Part shown: positions 1 to 12,689 of the stretch, one piece after another
How positions within the stretch are numbered: the first letter of the stretch is position 1
How the letters are laid out: each line of letters opens with the position of its first letter
Position numbers and translations under genes: made by a program
Assembly: GCF_032191835.1 (NCBI RefSeq)
Contig: NC_083225.1
Coordinates: 71,610,001 to 71,674,000, forward strand
Length of the DNA stretch: 64,000 nucleotides
DNA from: Heteronotia binoei
Lineage: Eukaryota
Direction: 5' to 3'
The notes under the pieces: generated by a model
What the model saw: the letters and a program-made list of their open reading frames with translations, nothing else
The model's database searches: none
Told to the model about the DNA's origin: nothing

Positions 1-1022
1 ACAATTCTTGGCACTCGCTGTAACCAATCAGTGTCCAGGGATTGCATGAGAAGATTGATACTTAAACTTTGTGGGCTGTGGAATTGCATTCTTTTTCTCT
101 CACAGAGTGAAGCTGAGAGGACAGTCTGTGGCTGAGAGAAGGATCCTTCACTCAGAGGTAGACTGAGTAACAGGCAGTCGGCTTGGTATAGAAGGTTGTG
201 GGCCACAAAGACTAACATAGGGTTGCCAAGTCCAAATCAAGAAATATCTGGGGACTTTGGGGGTGGAGCCAGGAGACATTGGGGGTGGAGTCAGGAGCAA
301 GGGCGTGACAAGCATAACTGAACTCCAAAGGGAGTTCTGGTTATCACATTTAAAGGGACCACACACCTTTTTAAATGCCTTCCTTCCATAGGAAATAATG
401 AAGGATAGGGGTACCTTCTTTGGGGGCTCATAGAATTGGACCCCCCGGTCCAATCATTTTGAAACTTGAGGGTTATTTTGGGGAGAGGCACTGGATGCTA
501 TGCAGAAGATTTGGTGCCTCTACCTCAAAAAACAGCCCCCCCCCCAGAGCCTCAGATACTCACAGATCAATTCTCCATTATTTCCTATGAGAATAAGTCA
601 CAGACACAGTATCAGTTGTTGGAACCCAGGAGAATAGAGTTCCCAGCAGACATTTCCCTTCTCCCCCCCCTCCACTTTCTGATGGCCCTGAAGCGGGGGG
701 GGGGGGGGCTCCAAACTGGGGGATCCCCTGCCCCCACCTAGGGATTGGCAACCATAGACTAACAGGCTAAGGGAAGTATAGGTAGCTGCGTTAGGGTTTA
801 TTTTTATTTATCTTTATACACTGTTGTGTATATTAAGCACCTTGTCTTGTGTAAAAGCCCATTCCTGTATAAATAAACCTTTATTTTGAATGTTCTCTGC
901 CTGATCCTCACACCTGTGTTTTCTCGGCTAAAAGGGACATGTTTGGTTGGGCTTGGGAGGGTACTCTGGGCCTTCCTAAGAGACCATAAATCCAGAGTGG
1001 TGTCAGTGTAAGGCGGCAACAC
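1..1022. mobile_element. Possible LTR (solo or terminal), interrupted by a hAT MITE
   Basis: Sequence is continuous across the MITE TSD, has AATAAA at 872-877 and ends ...ggcaacaca. Inferred from composition only. Confidence 0.3.
218..756 (+). mobile_element. Non-autonomous hAT element (MITE), TAGGGTTGCCAA family
   Basis: TIRs tagggttgccaa / ttggcaaccata. Perfect 8-bp TSD GACTAACA (210-217, 757-764). Near-identical copy at 52513-53015. Confidence 0.9.
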
Positions 1023-1067
1023 AGGGCACATGGCATGCACTCATAACAAATGAGTTTGACACCCCTG
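1023..1067. mobile_element. Right terminus of a hAT-Charlie-like MITE
   Basis: cataacaaatgagtttgacacccctg matches the termini at 53470-53495 and 53769. Followed by gtctagac, an NTCTAGAN-type target. Confidence 0.6.
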
Positions 1068-1145
1068 GTCTAGACTAGGGACTGCTAAAATGCAGGTGTC
1101 AATTCCAAAATCCTCCATGCTGTTGACAAGTTTGCTTGTGAACGT

Positions 1146-1490
1146 CTTGTGAACATAAGAGAAGCCATCTTGGATCAGGCCAATCACCCATCCAGTCCAC
1201 AGTGGCCAAAAAAAGCCCCCCTCAGGTCCCATCAGGAGATCCATCAGTGGGACCAGAACACTAGAAGCCCTCCCATTGTTGACCCCCCAAGCACCAAGAA
1301 TATAGAGCATCACTGCCCCAGACGGAGAGTTCCAACAATACGCTGTGGTATTAGCCACTGATGGACCTCTGCTCCATATGTTTATCCAATCCCTTCTTGA
1401 AGCTGGTTATGCTTGTAGCTGCCACCATCTCCTGTGGTAGTGAATTCCATGTGTTAATCGCTCTTTGGGTGAAGAAGTACTTCCTTTCTG
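1146..1490 (-). mobile_element. CR1 LINE 3' end
   Basis: Same sequence as the 3' UTR of the CR1 copy at 18807-19490, which is attached to recognisable CR1 ORF2. Confidence 0.8.
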
Positions 1491-3214
1491 TCAGTTGAAT
1501 TTTATAAATGCATAGAAGTGTTGTGAAATGAAATACCTAGCCTAATGAAGATAATAGTTGCATAAAATATCTTTATTTAGCTTTACTTTCTGGAAATTCT
1601 TTCAGTGGGTTGTGATTAACTATAGCTGTCATTATGTCTCTTTGGGACTTGCTTGGTCAATTTCTGACAAAGAAGCTGGAAGTAAGTAGGGTAGGTACTA
1701 GGGGTGACCCTGACTGTGTTCTCAAGAAACAATTTCTCTGCAACTTTGAAGACTAAAAACCTCTGGTAAGGGGAGGGGAATGTGCTGACAAATGGGAAGG
1801 GGGAACAGAGGGCTCCATAGAAACATTTTTCTCTTCTCTTGCTTGATTACATCCACAACTGGTCAACAGGAAACTCTGAGTTACATTTCTAAGCACAGCA
1901 CATTACTCTTACAGTCAACATCCTGTCTGTGGGTATAACTAACCATGGATGGCTTCTAGCTATTAACGGTCATCACTGCCAAATGTTTTACCCTTTGATA
2001 GCCTCTCTAGTAATTTAGAACTGGGGAATCTGAAATAAGAATGCACATGAGAACCTAAACCAGTTGAATCCAGCTGCAAGGAACTACAAATAGTGAATGT
2101 TTTTGAAAACAGAAATGAGATATTCTCCTTTAGTTCCTCAGTGCATATGATCTTACCTTTTTATGCTATATGAGCATACATACTCCTGGAACAAGACAGT
2201 TGGCAAGAAATAATTGAACTAAGGAATTGGATCCTAAGTGGATAGGCCTTTTATGGTTTATGGATAGCCCTTTTATGATTTGCACACTACAGTGAACAAT
2301 TCATAAATTTTGTCAGAAACCTCATTTTATCATGTAAACAGCTAAATTTAAAGTTATTTTTAAAAAATATTAAAGACAGAACGTGGTTGTCATAAAGCTG
2401 AGACGGGCAGTCATCCATTTCTTTGAAAGGCAGAATTTCTGAATCTTGAAAAGAAGGGGAGATTTGGACAGATTCAGGTTCTGCTGCCCAGTGTATCCAC
2501 ATTAGCACTATAATGTATGAAGCTACAGCTTAAGTATTAAAAGCACAAAAGTCCTTTTATGGAATTTGGCAAATATAGTGACAACTAATAAGACAACCGT
2601 ACTCTTGGCCTAGAGGGCAGGTTCTATCACAGGGAATTAATTGGAAAAGTGGAAGTGGCCTGAATAAACCAAGGCAAAGAGAGCTTTTGCTGCCTAATTA
2701 GGACCTACAACAAAAGGCAAAATGACTATTGTCAAAGCTCACTGTATTTTGAAAATTCCCCTACTTATTTAAGTGCTGAAATGAAAATGTTTTTGTCTAA
2801 CTATTCCGTTTTGTAGGGATGTCCTTCCCCACTGAAGCCTCTGAGATGGATGGACAAGAAATTAATAAGCTTATCCACAAATAAGGTTAAGAAATTCCTC
2901 TGATAGTGAATGCAAAGGAACAAAACTAGTGAATGCAGAGTTGCTGATAGTGGGCATAAAAGACAACAGTAAGATCACACATACAGTGTGTGAACAGACT
3001 GTTGTCTTATGAACAGCTGAAGTATCAGTGTTTTCATAGACAAGTCATCAGTGAAAATATTGATGTGTTTGTTTTATTGCATCCAGTGGTTGCAAGGGAG
3101 GTACCAAACAAGAAGTCAAACTTTTTATAAATTATTATTATATTTTTATCCTACCCTTTCTCCAATGAAATCAAGGCAGTGTTTCTCATTATTCTAACTT
3201 AATTTCCACAACAA

Positions 3215-3345
3215 CCCTGTAAGATAGGTTTGGCTCAGAGAGAATAACTGGTCTAAGATCACCCAGTGGACTTCATGGGCAACTGGGACATGAACCTGGG
3301 TCTCTCAGAGCTCAATCTAATCCTAACCACTGTACCACAATGGCG
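3215..3345 (-). mobile_element. MIR/CORE-like SINE, degenerate
   Basis: cacaacaaccctgtaagatagg...aagatcacccag...gaacctgggtctc...taaccactgtacca pattern. Confidence 0.55.
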
Positions 3346-5159
3346 TGTTGCATGCAGTTCTGGTTTTTTAACACCAGTAAAATACATATGTTGCCCTTCC
3401 AAACTGAAATATTCATTCTTCCAGACAGAAATGTGTTACAAATGTTTTAACTGTAAGTTAATACTAAACAGAGCAATACATCAATACTACTCTACTGAAT
3501 AGTATAATATACTCAGGAAGCAAGCCTGAGGTCTACTTATAAGTAAGTCCTACTTATAAAGTCTACTTATAAGTCCTATTTTATTCAATGAGGCTTACTC
3601 CTAGGGAAGTGTTATTTGCATCACATTCTCTTGAAAAGTAACCCAGAAATGAAGACTTAATGATGATGGATTCATTATTTGTTTAAATATAAGGCAACGA
3701 TTATATTAAAAATATGGACGAAAATATGCAGTTGTCAATAAGATCTAACTTAATGAGGCAGTGCTGAAAAGTCTCTCAGGAAAATAAGAAATTATTATGC
3801 TACTTCACAGCTGAACCCAATATTTCCACCAAGAACAGAACAGAAATGGTTGTGTGTGCATACGTGCATGCTCATGCTTGTGGGAGTACTTGCATGAGTT
3901 CATGTCTCTGGTTGTGAGGCTCTCTACCTTACAGTGCTTTAAAAATATGTTATATTGAGTGAATCACAGATGCTATTTATTTAGCAAGTCAAAATATTAC
4001 AGTTAATTCCAGATGGTTTGCAGGATTTTTGAGATAATATTAGAACCACCTTATGGATAGTACTTTAGGTAGAAAGTTACTTGAATTCACTTGCATTTCT
4101 CCCAAAGATATTTTGGATAAGGATCTGGATATGCTATCTCTGCTTAACATAAAACACCCAAGGGACAGAAGTACAAGCTCAATGAAGCATCGTTTGTCCT
4201 TTTTCTGTCATATGATATAATTAACAGCAAGAGGTATTGCTTAGCTGAAATGTAGGGAGTTTCAGGACTCCTATTCATGCCCTTATGATTAAAGTTTAGC
4301 CTAAATCTTCATTTCAGTACATAGTCATTTAATCAACGCTCCCAAACCATTAGCCAACTCCTTGATGGGGACATAATTGTATATATACATACAAGATATT
4401 TTCATTCATTCATTTTTGTTTCAAGTATTAATTCACATAAGTCATTTGTGATTTGCAAAAAACAAAATCTATTTAAATGGCAGTGTCCTTACATTGAATA
4501 ATTTCATACCATACTAGAAAGCTGATGTTGCATGATGAGCTGTGAGTTGGGATATTCAAAAATATAGGCTTGGTTTCTAAGCCATCTCTACAGCTTCATT
4601 TCACTCCCCCAAATGCAATCATAGCACCAAAATGCCATGTGTAGATGACCAAAGTGTTGTTGAGATTTCTCAAAGAAGTTGTCTTTTAACATTTCACTTC
4701 TTCTCCCTGCTTAATGATCAGGCAGGCACAAGAAATAACCTATGAAATGTGCAAAACCGGAAATACTGGACTTGGTGTAGTGCTCGCATGTAAAAAATTA
4801 GAATGTGGGACAATTGATAATCGATATACTATTGAAAGGAATGATATAAAGTAAGGAAAAGTACTATTTTTTGCATTCTTGGGTCAATGTAGGCATTGTT
4901 GTGTTTATTATTTGTGGATTTCTGTGCCAAAATCAAAATTGTAAATTTATATTAAATCAAGCAAGCAGTACTTAACCAATCCTCCAGTAAGCACTGATAA
5001 TTTATGAATGTCAAATGGTCACAAATGTAGATGAAATAATCAATTTGTAAAAGAAAGAAGAAAAGCTACTATAAAATGGCATATTGGCTGAAAATGACTG
5101 CTAAGTAATTTTACTCATGGAAATGGCCATTACTGGATTTTCAGAGATAATAAGTCATT

Positions 5160-5740
5160 TGTATACTACCTTTGGACTAGAAGTCTCCAAGGCAGTTTAC
5201 AGAGCAGGGAAAATACAATAAAATCAATAAATGCCATTAAAATACTGTAAAATTAATCAAATATACTTCAATCAATAAATTGCAATATTCTACTAGTTCT
5301 AGTCCCCTAACATAATATGTCTTAGTAACCTACTCAAAGGCCTTTTGGAAAAGGTAGGTTTTTGAACCACTCCAGAAAGTCTTCAGGAAAGGAGCTGATC
5401 ACAGTTTCTGTAGGAAGCCGTTCCATAGTTGGGGGGGCAATAGCAAAAAAAAAAAATCCCACCACTGCTGGGATCCCACCAGCCGAATCTCTGCTAAAGT
5501 TCCTTATTAGAGGAAGGCCCCTGGGATAACCTAGAGTCTTGACGTGGAAGATATTGATGGAGTCAGTTCTTCAAGCATTCTGAGCCTAAGCCGTACAGGG
5601 CTCTGAAGATTAAAACCAACACCTTGTATTCGTCCGAGAAAGAGATTGAAAGCCCATGTATATGGTTACTCTTGCAGCCCCATTTTGAAACAATTCTGAA
5701 CCATTTTCAAGGACAGCCCCACATAAAATCTATCACTGTA
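5160..5740 (-). mobile_element. L2-clade LINE 3' fragment
   Basis: Minus strand resembles the L2 ORF2 C-terminus (AP.LWN.LP...KT.LF..AF), followed by an A/T-rich tail. Confidence 0.6.
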
Positions 5741-6513
5741 TAGGCTTCCCAACCCCCCCGCTCTGGCGGGAGACTTCTGGGTTCGCAGCCTCATCTCCCG
5801 CTCTTCAAAACTCTGGAAGTGGGGGTGGGGGATGGAGGGGGGGGAGAACATGCCTTTAGGCTTCATGTTTTAGAGCTCCTGAGCCGTTTGCAAAATGTCT
5901 GCCCCTTTAAGGCTGGGCAGGAAGCAGGAAGCAGAAAGGGCTTCTGAGAACGGCCCCTCCCTTTCTTTTTCTTTCGTTTTCACAGGAAGTAGAGTTGTCC
6001 GGAGGAAGATCTGGTAAGTGTGTGTGTGAGAGAGGGAGGGGGCAGGGGATTCCCTAGTTTGGAGGCCCTCCCCCCCTTTAGAAAGCGTGGGGGGGAGGGA
6101 AATGTCTACTAGGCACTCTATTATTCCCTATGGAGAACGATTCCCATAGGGAATAATAGGAAATTGATCTGTGGGTATTGGGGGCTCTGGGGGGGGCTAT
6201 TTTTTGAGGTAGAGGCACCAAATTTTTAGTATAGCATCTAGTGCCTCTCCCCAAAATATCCCCCAAGTTTCAAAACGATTGGACCAGAGGGTCCAATTCT
6301 ATGAGCCCCAAAATATGGTGCCCCTATCCTTAATTATTTCCTATGGAAGAAAGGCATTTTAAAAGGTGTGCTGTCTCTTTAAATGTGATGGCAAGAACTC
6401 CCTTGGAGTTCAATTATGCTTGTCACATCCTTGTTCTTGGCTCCACCCCCAATGTCTCCTGGCTCCACCCCCAAAGTCCCCAGATTTTTCTTTAATTGGA
6501 CTTGGCAACCCTA
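5741..6513 (-). mobile_element. Non-autonomous hAT element, long variant of the TAGGGTTGCCAA family
   Basis: TIRs taggcttcccaa / ttggcaacccta. Perfect 8-bp TSD TCACTGTA (5733-5740, 6514-6521). Confidence 0.9.
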
Positions 6514-8841
6514 TCACTGTAGCTAAGACTGGATGTTAGTAAAGTATGTATGACTGACTGTGGCAAAGTCAGCTTCTAAAGGAAAAGTCACAGCTGACAT
6601 TCTGGACAACTTAATAACATTTGTTTAAAAACAGTGTAAACTCTAGAAGTACCCCCAAGCTGCACCCCTGATTTTTCAGGGGGAGCATAATATCATCCAA
6701 TATAAAGTGAACTGCATTTCTGGCTCATTTTTAGTACCACATACACTCCACTTTCATTTTATATGGATTACGCTTCAGTTTATAACCTGCCCTCCCCTTA
6801 GTAAGAGTTGTCTTACACACCCAGGAAAATGCTGTTCGCCGCTTTGAGGTCAGGAAGCAATTTGTCTCCAGGCCAGTTTTGCTAGGGATTCTGGAGAGCT
6901 TGTTGTGCTGGTTTTTGCCATCTTCTGGGCATCTTCTGAGGGTGTATGGAGGAGGTACTTGTGCATTGTGCAGGGAGTTTGTCTCCCCCAACTCTATGAT
7001 TCTGTGATAAAAGTGACATTGTACCAGGCAGTACTTCTTCACTCCAAGTTAGCATTGTTGCCACTGAGTCAGCCCCAGGTGGGCCCAGGCCAAGAGCCAT
7101 TTGCCCTTCAGGTTACACCTCTGGAGAAACTGAGACTTTAAGTACCCAGAAACACAGGGGCAGGGCAAACAGCTATTATTATTAGCTGGCTCTGATCTGT
7201 CTTTCTTTCCCCCAAGGGGAATCTGATATTGTATACAATACTGTGGTATCCTTGTTTCATTTTTTCTTACAGCTGATTACAGAAAAATGGAAAGAGCCCC
7301 AACTCCCCTAGTGTAGAAGCCACCCTACGAGGTGTGAGAGACTCAGGGTGAATGAGCACTAATGGCAATTTCAAGCAGCTTGGTTGTACTCTTGGTGTTC
7401 AGCTGCAGATTTCTGCCTTTCATTTTTATAGGTTCTAAGCAGTTTTTTAAGCTTCTCTTTTTCGGTTTCCTTAGCCTGTTCTTTATCCACTTTCAAGTTG
7501 TTCATTATTTCCTTCCATCCCTTTCAGCATTCTTACCCCTATATTTTCCCAGGAAATTTAAACTGGGTTTGCTGTCCTTTGTGCATCACTCAAAGGCCAT
7601 CTACTGCATTTTCTTCTAGGTGCAGCCAGATACCCTTAACCCCCTGAGTAATTTGAGTGCTGAACTCCCATTGGTTGCAGAAATTAGAAGGTGAAGGAAT
7701 GCCAGAGTAGGAACTGACAGAGAGCTGCCTTCAAGGTCATTAGCACACTAGAATTATTTAATCAAAAAGTGAAGACCTCCTTGTACCCTTTCAGTGGCAC
7801 TGTGAACATTAAAGTTGGCAAGAAACTGAAGAGTCTTTCATGAGAATTCATTCATGCATGCATTAAGGCAGAGGTAGAAAACTGCAGTACAAATAGCCTA
7901 CATTTGATTCTAATAGTGGCTCTCTTTCTTGGTGGTAGCAGAAGAGTTACATTGTGTGTTGTTGATGTCAGGAAGAAGAAAAATACCTATTCCATTCAGT
8001 TTTGGTAATTATTATTAACAACTCATGACTGGTTATTTATGGCTGGAGACAGATCATATTTTTTAAGAATTGAAAATGTCCTAGAGAGAGGCATCCCTTT
8101 TCACAATATATACATATTTTGTTATCAGTATTCAGACTAAAGATTATAATGGGATTTAATGGGATGGGCTATTGAGTTCTTCTTGGCTGATGAAAGAACA
8201 TATTTATTCTGTCTTTCCTCCAGGTAACCTAGGATGGCATATTTGGTCCCCTCTACCACATATCTTCACAGAGAGGAGATAAGGACTGTTTCAGGGTCCT
8301 CCAGTGAGCTTCATGTTGAAGGGGAGATCTAAACCCATATCTTGCTAGTTCTCATTGATAACTATGTGGAACACAAATTGGAGCATGTGTGTCATCCTGC
8401 TTTCCTAACACCCTGCTGTAATGCAGAGTCATAGAAAACAGTAGGCAAAGCAAGCAAGTAGGCTGTATATGTATAGCAGTATTTGTATTTATTCTGATTT
8501 ATTTAATAGACTTTTTGGAGGAAGAAACTGGAGTGCTGTTGGGCCATGTAAGAATACCTCTACTGTTGTATTTTGGTTTTAGAAGGATCTGACACAAAAA
8601 TGTTTATAAAGTGTATTTCAGATGGACTGTCCTTCTAATGCACATGACCCATACATGAAATTAAACTGAATTAAAAAAAACACCCCTCCTCTAATATACC
8701 AATACAGATTATATGCATGTGTGTGTTCTGTAATATCTGAAATTAGTGCAATTATTTTTAGTAGAGCTGTCCAGCCCTTAAAATTGTTTAATTGATTAAC
8801 TAAAAAGGGATGATTAATAAGGTGATCAAGTACTTGCTGAG

Positions 8842-10257
8842 CAGCCCAATCCAGAGAGGCTGATAGCTATCCCCAACCCACCCCCAAACAGAGAACGGAG
8901 CCAATGATGGGCAGACCATCACAGGCAAAGGAGAGACATCCCACCAACACAGGGAAGGAACAAGAGTGAGGCTGGGCATGCGCACATGAGAAGCCTGGCT
9001 TGGTGGCGAGGCGGGGGTGGGGGCAAGACAGGACTGCATGGGACCACGGAGAAGCCGTCAATCCCCTCACACCCTCCTGCTGTCAGACTTTATTTTTCCG
9101 GAACGAAGTGCAACAGTCTCCCTGGCACGCGCTGGGCAGTCTCACCATGAGCAGGGTTTCATTCCAAGTGGCGGGCAGAAACAGCTGAGGGAGTGGGGGG
9201 GGGGTGGACAGTGGAGCGACACACGCGGAAGCCTCTGTGTTGGAGTCCCACCTGCAAAACGAAGATAGAGATCAAGAGCACCTGCAGGGGCGGTGGCTGG
9301 AAGAGTAGACTGTGTTTCAACCGGGCGCTCTCTTAAAGGGACAGTCTCTGACCCACCTCCCCACAATGGGGCAGCTGCCACACACACACACACCATGCCC
9401 TGCCAGGGTTTGGGAACACGGCAGAGGGCAGACCAAGGGAAGGGAGCAGGTGGCAACACAGGGGAGCAGGGTCAGCAAATGCCCCCTGCCAGAGTCCACT
9501 GCCTGGTTCAAGTGCCAGAGATGCTCACACACCAAGCGGTTGTGATCGAGGGGAGAGGGAGGCTGGCGGGGGGGACGACAGTGGAACTTACCCAGCCATG
9601 GGTGACAGTCCTCGCATGCAGAGCCTCCGGGAGCCTGGAACCTGTGGAGACCTGGAAACAAGAGCAGTTAGCCCCAGGGGAGAGACCTCTCTCTCCCCCT
9701 CGCAAGTCAAAGATACTGTCAAAGCAACCACGCCTTGCAAAACCGTCACCAACGTGCCTGCCTGTCCCTCACTCTTAAGTCTGTATGGCCAGGAGTTCAC
9801 TGGCAGAACTTCCCGCCACGCGCTCCTCTCCCTAACAACTCAGTTGTGCGAGGCCAGAGCAGAAGTATTTCTAGGAGGGGGGAGACTGCGATTGGGTGCT
9901 GGGGAGCGGGCTTGTCAGCCCGAGGCGCCAGGAGATTGGCGAGGCAAGCACGCTGCTCCCTAAGGGGTTTGCGAGCTTTTGCAGTGGCGGAGGCGACCGT
10001 TGTTTTTGGTTTCAACGAGTGCCTATAGGACACGCTGTTGTTTTTGCAGGCATAAAGTTGTGCCTCTCAAGGGGGCATGCCGCGCTCCACCTCACTTCTC
10101 AGGCAGAGTGGCACTTGGGCAGCCCCCCGCCCACATAACTCCCCCCCCCCATGCTGTGGCAGTGCCGGATGTACATCGGTGCAAAGCCTTAGTGTGCCCA
10201 TGTAGCAGCTGGTCTGCTCCCAAAAGACTTTCCGCTCTCCCTCTCTGGATTGTGCTG
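8842..10257. mobile_element. 1.4-kb GC/CpG-rich TIR element (non-autonomous DNA transposon, superfamily unresolved)
   Basis: 18-bp TIRs CAGCCCAATCCAGAGAGG / CAGCACAATCCAGAGAGG (17/18) coincide with the edges of a GC-rich block. No clear TSD and no recognisable ORF. Confidence 0.65.
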
Positions 10258-11240
10258 TAAATCTGTTGATTTCTGAAGTCTCAGTATAGATGTATTTTTG
10301 AAAACATGGAAAGTAGTAAAAAACCCTGAAGTTTAACAAAAAAACAAAAAAACAAATCCTGGTTAGGCTGAATAATCACTGTTAATTTTTTAAAAATCAG
10401 ACATGTATTTAGAAATCAAAAGCTGCATAATTCCAGTCTTAGCTTTGATAAGCAGCCACTCAAGTCTTCAGCCATTTCATTTTTGACTCAATTACATGGG
10501 CATCCAGTAATATCAGTTTCCTGATATATTTGTCACTGTTCTTCACATGCTATGAGCTGAATGGTCCAGAGCAGCTGGATGGACATATATTTAAGTATCA
10601 TTTGAGTCTCTCCCCCCCCCCCCCCCCCAGTTGAGAGCTTGAGATCTTCACTGAAGTTCAAAAAAACCTTTACTTCTCTTTCCTTAAGGCTGAAGTTAGG
10701 GCAAGAACTGGCTGAGACCAATCATTTTAGAATACTACTGACTGAAGGCTTAAGGTGAATGATATTTCAAGGAGATGTTGGATGATTTCCTAGGAGTCAT
10801 AAAAGCTACCGAAAGAATGTTAAAATCAGTGCTGGGGAGGGAGATATTTCATAGAGGCAGTATGTCAGGGCCAGAGTAACAGCATCACTCTCTTTGTGTG
10901 TGTTTCTATCAGTGTGTTTCTGAGAGTTGTAGCAGCTGCACTCTGGTTGAGTTGCCTCATGCATGAGAATGACTTGAATGAACAGTAAGCTTCATAATCA
11001 TTTCACCACAGGCATGGCAAATGAGTTACATAGCATGGGTGCTGTGAAAGTAGAAGAAACTGCTATCTGTGCCCGCTCTTTGGTTGTCTTCCTAATCTCC
11101 TGTCCATACTGTTTTTTGTGTCGCGCTTATGATGATTGAGGGCTAACAGGTGGTGATTCTATAGCCTATGCAGTTAAGGGGAAGTGCATTATGAGAGATG
11201 CTGATGACTATGAAGAAAAGCTCTTTTGCAGAGGTTAAAT

Positions 11241-11714
11241 CTCTCTCTCTTTCGGCTTGACTTCGCGAACGAAGATTTAAGAAGGGTGCAGTAGTCCACG
11301 TCCTCTGCAGGCTCGTTGGTGGCTGACAAGACCAATGCGGGACAGGCAGATCCGGCCACAGTGGCTGCAGGGAAAAGTCTGATTTGGGGTTGGTGCTGCA
11401 GCAGTGCGATTCTTCCTCAATCTCCTTTTGTCCTCAAGACCAGCTATGCGTGCGTTCTCAAAGGAAGAGACAGCCTGGTGGATGGTGTGCCTCCATGCTT
11501 TGCGATCTGAGGCTAGGTCAGACCACTGGTGATGGTTGATGCGACAGGTGCCAAGGGATTTCTTCAAGGAGTCCTTGTACCTCTTCTTTGGTGCCCCTCT
11601 ATTTCGATGGACAGTGGAAAGTTCGCCATACACAGCAATCTTGGGAAAGTGGTGGTTTTCCATCCTAGAAATATGCCCTGCCCAGCGCAGCTGCGTCTTC
11701 AACAGCAGTGCATT
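11241..11714 (-). mobile_element. 5'-truncated RTE-clade LINE (BovB-like) with intact ORF C-terminus
   Basis: ORF 11277..11813 contains LRWAGHISRM...YGELS...RGAPKKRYKDSLK and C-terminal CSHCGRICLSRIGLVSHQRAC. (GA)n tail and 10-bp TSD GAGGTTAAAT (11231-11240, 11715-11724). Confidence 0.9.
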
Positions 11715-12689
11715 GAGGTTAAATAACCCTGGTAATAATCCTGATGTTTTGTGTTGGATACAACTGCATGAATGAATGTAGTGGCCATAACGTAAGCAGC
11801 TGTAGAGAGGCATGGTTCTCTGCTAACACTGTGAGGCTCTATGTGTGGAGATGAGCATTTCTTTACCCACCAGCAGACTTCAGAGGCTGCTCTCTTAAAC
11901 ATTCATTGTTTTTGCCTTCAGCCCAAATGACCTTCCACTTCCTACAAAGCTGGTTTCAGCCTTTCATGCTTTACTGTTTGCCCTGACTAGTTAGAATATT
12001 TATGTATATTTGATTACATGTTAATAATTTATCTAAGAAGGGTTATTCACAAAATGGCAGACCAGTTTTGCAGTGAGCACGTTTATCTAAGTAATAGCCC
12101 ACATGAACACCAGTGATGGGTCAATAGCTTTTGTTGTAGACGAGACATAGTATCATGATATAACACTCGCCTGTTCCCTATCCTACTACAACAGGATAGG
12201 AGTTCTGCTCTCTCTGTCTCTATGGGCTAGGCTAGAGGTAATGGAGACATGCACATCTGCTCACTCACATGTAAATGATGAAGTGGAAGTTTATTTCCGC
12301 CCTGCCCCCCCCCCTCACAGAAAATATGGGAACCCTCTCCTTATCTTGCTGTTCTCCATTATTTGAAGCATTCCTCTCCCAGTTTGGTTCCAATACAAAC
12401 ATTTAGTTGATCTGAAATAAATAGTTGGGGAAATGTATACATCCACATCAATACCCCATCATATCCAGGACTTTTTTTGTAGCAGAAACTCCTTTTCATA
12501 TTAGACTACACCCCCCTCATGTAGCCAGTCCTGGAGCTTACAGTAAGCTCTGTACTGTAAATTTTATAAGTTTATAAGATGTTTTAGCATGTACTGTAAA
12601 GTTTATAAGATGTTTTAGCATGGATGTTTTGATTGTTTTAAACTATGTACTTTGTATTCTGGGATAGGGTGATTAATTAAGCCTAATAA

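Noticed and set aside
148-741. Recurrent ORFs such as MPLPKI..., MGGILGRGT... and MDRGVQFY... (also near 6078, 28852-29529, 46023 and 52330-53010)
   Set aside because: Chance frames in copies of the same non-coding MITE, not transposase or host genes.
1913-2029. Minus-strand AG...GT-bounded 117-nt segment
   Set aside because: Stops in all three frames, and no partner exons.
2817-2885. Exon-like 69-nt segment (tag|GGATGT...AATAAG|gttaag; GCPSPLKPLRWMDKKLISLSTNK)
   Set aside because: It is phase 0-0 in its only open frame, so it is incompatible with phase-1 exon 2, and it has no similarity to NHS that I recognise. It could still be a non-coding or cryptic exon.
7274-7341. Strong acceptor (ttttttcttacag) followed by a weak donor
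   Set aside because: The frame compatible with a phase-1 entry hits TAG, and the donor (gtgtga) is poor.
11200-11230. CTGATGA...GAAA hammerhead-like core
   Set aside because: No adequate stem II, and no stems I or III.
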